DNA of 64,000 bases from Mobula hypostoma (Eukaryota): NCBI RefSeq assembly GCF_963921235.1, contig NC_086108.1:11346001-11410000 (forward strand). The letters are read 5' to 3'. Numbering within the stretch: the stretch's first letter is position 1; every line of letters starts with the position of its first letter. The notes below the pieces were generated by a model, which saw only the letters and a program-made list of their open reading frames with translations, was not told the DNA's origin and ran no database searches. A program made the translations under genes and the position numbers. Of this stretch, positions 60,565-64,000 are shown in pieces.

Positions 60565-61050
60565 TCAAAGACCACTACAGCACAGACAGACCCTTCGGCC
60601 CATCAAGGCTGCCGAGCCATTTAAACTGCCTACTCCCATCAACCTGCATTTGAACCTCAGCTTTCCATACCCCTACCATCCGTGGACCCATCCACATTTC
60701 TCTTAAATATTGAAACCGGCCCTGCATTCAGCACTTGTGCTTGGAATTCATTCCAAAATCACTCAGCCATCTGAGTGAAGAAGTTTCCTCATCTTCCCTT
60801 TAAACTGTTCACCTTTCAAAATTCACCCATGACCTCTAGTTCTAGTCTCACCCAACCTCAGCAGAAAAAGCCTGCATTTAATCTCCTCTTAATCCTCTAC
60901 AATCCAACAAATAAAGTCCTAAGCTATTCAATCAGAATCAAAATTAAAAAGTAATGAGGTTGTGTTCATGGAATCAATGTTCATTCAGAAGTTAATGGTA
61001 GAGGGGAAGAAGCTATGATCCTGAATCTTTCCTTATAATTCAGGTCCTCA
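60565..61050 (-). mobile_element. CR1 3' fragment with small insert
   Basis: Colinear with 54200-54600. Confidence 0.7.
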
Positions 61051-61314
61051 GCTGCTTGTAATATACTTGTCTGACTGAAGAGCTGTAGAGCAGGGGCAGA
61101 GGAGGAGATCAAGTTGGAGCACACTCGAAGGTCCAGCAGACACAAGGATCTGTAATGGTTTCCCCTCTCCGGTATTTGGCCTTGAACTGCTCACTCCATC
61201 ACAGTCCTTGTTGCTTCTTCAGCATCTGCCTGGCCATGCTTTGAGATTGTGTACCAAGCCAATGCCAGTCTGACTTGCTCAGTCACACAGTCACCCTCAA
61301 GGGAAAAGCTGTTG

Positions 61315-61496
61315 GTGCTGGAAATCCGAGCAACACACGCAAAATGCTGGAGGAACTCAGCAGGCCAGGCAGCATCTATGGAAAAAAGTACAGTCGATTA
61401 GTCCATCTGAAGGGTTTTGGACTGAAACGTCGACTGTACTTTTTTCCATAGATGCTGCCTAGCCGGCTGAGTTCCTCCAGCATTTTGTGTGTGTTG
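61315..61496. mobile_element. Penelope-derived foldback element (related to 21105)
   Basis: ~67-bp inverted arms at 61331-61397 and 61430-61496; loop ends in GAAACGTCGACTG with a decayed hammerhead core. Confidence 0.8.
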
Positions 61497-61847
61497 TGCA
61501 CATTCATCCTGGAGGGTTACTGGTTCATCCTTCTCCAAACAAGTCAGCGAAACAACTTGGGCTGATGTCGCAGGTGTGCTTATGGAGGGAGATCTGCATT
61601 GTCAGAGGTACAAACACAGGTTAAACTGAGACCTCAGATTACACCGGAGGTATGCGTGAACAATCTGGGCCACTACCAAATGAAACACAAGGCAAACTTC
61701 CAATAAAACTGGAAGATTCTGAAAATCTTACAGAAAGTTTGTGGAAACACTCGGCAGGTCGGGCAATGTCTGTGGAGAGAGAAACACTCAACAGGTCAAC
61801 GAGACACCTAGCTGGTCAGGCAGCATATGTGGAGAGAGAAAATATTA

Positions 61848-62490
61848 ACCATAAGAGCATAAGTCACAGGAGCAGAATCAGGCTATTTGGCCAATCTAGT
61901 CTGTTCCACCATCCATCATGGCTGATTTATTATCTCTCTCAACCCCATTCTCCCGCATTCACTCTATCATCTTTGACGGTTTTACTAATCAAGAACCTAT
62001 CAACCTCTGCTTTAAATATACCCAATGACTTGGCTTCCACAGGCATCTGTGGCAATGAATTCCACAGATTCACTGCCTCTGGCTGAAGAAATTCCTCTTC
62101 ATCTCTATTCTCAAGGGACCTCCCTCTATTCTGAGGCTGTGTCCTCTGTTCCTAGACTTTCCCACCAAAGGAAACATCCTCTCTACATGCACTCTATAAA
62201 GGCCTTTCACCATTCAATAGGTTTCAATGAGACGTCCCCTCATTCTTCTAAATTCAAGTGAGTGCAGGCTCAGGGCCATCAAGTGTTACTCAGATTTTAA
62301 CCTTTTCATTCCCAGGATCATTCTTGTCAACTTCCTCCAGACATTCTCCAATGTCAGCACACCTTTTCTTCGATAGGGGGCACAAAATTTCTCCTAATAC
62401 TCCAAGTGTTGTCTGGTCAATGCTTTACACAACCTCAGCGTTGCATCCTTGCTTTTATATTCTAGTCCTCTTGACTATGTCTAACATTCC
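61848..62490 (-). mobile_element. CR1 3' fragment
   Basis: Reverse complement of CR1 RT C-terminus and 3' UTR. Confidence 0.85.
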
Positions 62491-62639
62491 CCGCCTGAAA
62501 TCCTTCATCAGTTCTCTCTCAGTTCTAAGTGATCATTTCTGATGTCCTGGCGCCAGGATCAACATCAGCAAAGTAGACTGCCTTCTCTTTGGTATGTGCT
62601 GTGGTCATGGGATCTTGCTGTGCTAAATTCATTCATTTA

Positions 62640-62940
62640 GAGAGACAGCGTGGAATAAACCCTTCTGCCCCTTTGAGCTGTGCTGTCCCAGAAACCCCCG
62701 GCAAACGCAATTTAACCCTAACCCTATCACAGGTCAATTTACAACGATCAATTAAACTACCCAGGCTGTCTTTGGACTGTGGGAGGAAACTGGAGCACGC
62801 GGGGGAAACCATGCACTCCACAGGAAGGGCGTACAGACTCCTTGCAGAAGACGCCGGAACTGAGCGCTGACCTCCGGCACCCTGAGCTGTAATTACCTCA
62901 CAGTAAAACTACAACGCTACTGTGGCGCTCCTGCCCTAGC
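62640..62940 (-). mobile_element. V-SINE-like SINE
   Basis: TGTGGGAGGAAACTGGAGCAC..GGGGAAACC, the reverse complement of the core. Confidence 0.75.
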
Positions 62941-63299
62941 GACAGCCGGTGAAATCAGTTCAGAACTAGATCACTGTATTAGAGCACAGAACATAGAACA
63001 CTAGAGCACAGTACAAGCCCTTCGGCCCACAATGCTGTGCCAACCTTTTAATCTACTCTAAGATCAATCTAACCTTCCCTCCCATATAATCCTTCAGCTT
63101 TCATGGAACATGGAATATCAGACATAGTCAATAGGACTAGAATATAAAAGCAGGGATGTAGTGCTTTATAAGTCATTGGTCAGACCGCTCTTCAAGTATT
63201 GCGAGCAGTTGTGTGCTGATCTAAGAAAGGATGTGCTGTCATTAGGGAGGGTTCAGAGGAGGTTGATAAGGATGATTCCAATTTTCTATCATCCAGGTG

Positions 63300-63540
63300 C
63301 CTATCCAACGTAACTTCATTGGACATGTGATTCGGAAAGAGGAGTTAGAATGCACGGTAATTATGGGAAGGATTGAAGGGAAGAAAGCAAGAGGAAGACA
63401 AAGACGAATGATGACGGAGACAACAGCCAGAGAACTGGAAATGAATACGGATGAATTGATCCACTTGACCCGAAACAGGAGTGCGTGGGCCATGGCAGTC
63501 AAAGCTCAAACTGGGCACGGCACCTGATGATGATGATGAT
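63300..63540 (+). mobile_element. RTE 3' end with (GAT)n tail, next to a CR1 fragment at 63130-63285
   Basis: FIGHVIRKEELE...GRIEGKKARGRQR...W...GHGT* followed by GATGATGATGAT. Confidence 0.9.
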
Positions 63541-63914
63541 CATGTGCCTATCAAAGAGTTTCTGAAATTTCCCTAATGTGTCTGCCCTTGGCAGGGCGTT
63601 CCACACATCCACCACTGTCTGTGTAAAGAACTTACCTCTTAGCTTTGTTTTGGAGAACTCGGGGAACTGCGGAGGAGCTTACTGATGAGACAGACTTTGT
63701 CATTACTGGATCTTACATGACTGGGAATTGGCTGGTGAGTAATGTAACCCATGCTGTCTCAGTGTGAGGGTCATGGGGCAATGTCTCGTTCAAGCAGAAA
63801 CTGGGTGTCAGAATAATCAGCATGGACTTTGGGATTTGCTGAACTGAAACCAGGAGGGTGAGCGGGGTGGGAAGCTCTCAAAGCCCTTCCTGTTCCTGAC
63901 TGCAGGCAGCACCA

Positions 63915-64000
63915 AGATCATTTGGTGCAGGAGCCTCAGGTCCCACACCACCAGGTTCAGGAACAGTTATTACCCCACAACTGCCAGGCTCCTGAACCAG
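63915..64000 (+). mobile_element. Rex1-type 3' fragment (runs off window)
   Basis: CACACCACCAGGTTCAGGAACAGTTATTACCC, as at 22410-22450. Confidence 0.7.

Overview
This is eukaryotic, almost certainly vertebrate, intronic or intergenic DNA made up almost entirely of transposable elements. The mix of CR1, Rex1/Babar, RTE, V-SINE-like, Penelope-derived, Gypsy and Tc1/mariner repeats suggests a cartilaginous fish such as a ray; this is an inference from the repeat landscape only. No intact host gene, rRNA, tRNA or CRISPR array is recognisable. One unassigned candidate exon lies at 50592-50733 (-). The most interesting structures are: (1) two diverged miniature LTR elements, each with a 175-bp internal region, whose primer-binding sites are complementary to their own predicted transcript starts, with compensatory changes between families (Tf1/sushi-type self-priming); (2) an RTE LINE with a twin-priming-type 5' inversion and a 10-bp TSD; (3) minimal hammerhead ribozyme motifs in Penelope-type repeats, including a ~185-bp foldback element with its own TSD; (4) an internally deleted Gmr1-type Gypsy element with a SCAN-like Gag and PR-INT-RT-RH order; (5) deep TE nesting and several minisatellites that arose inside TEs. 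All family names come from motif recognition by eye, not database searches. Boundaries of old repeats are approximate.
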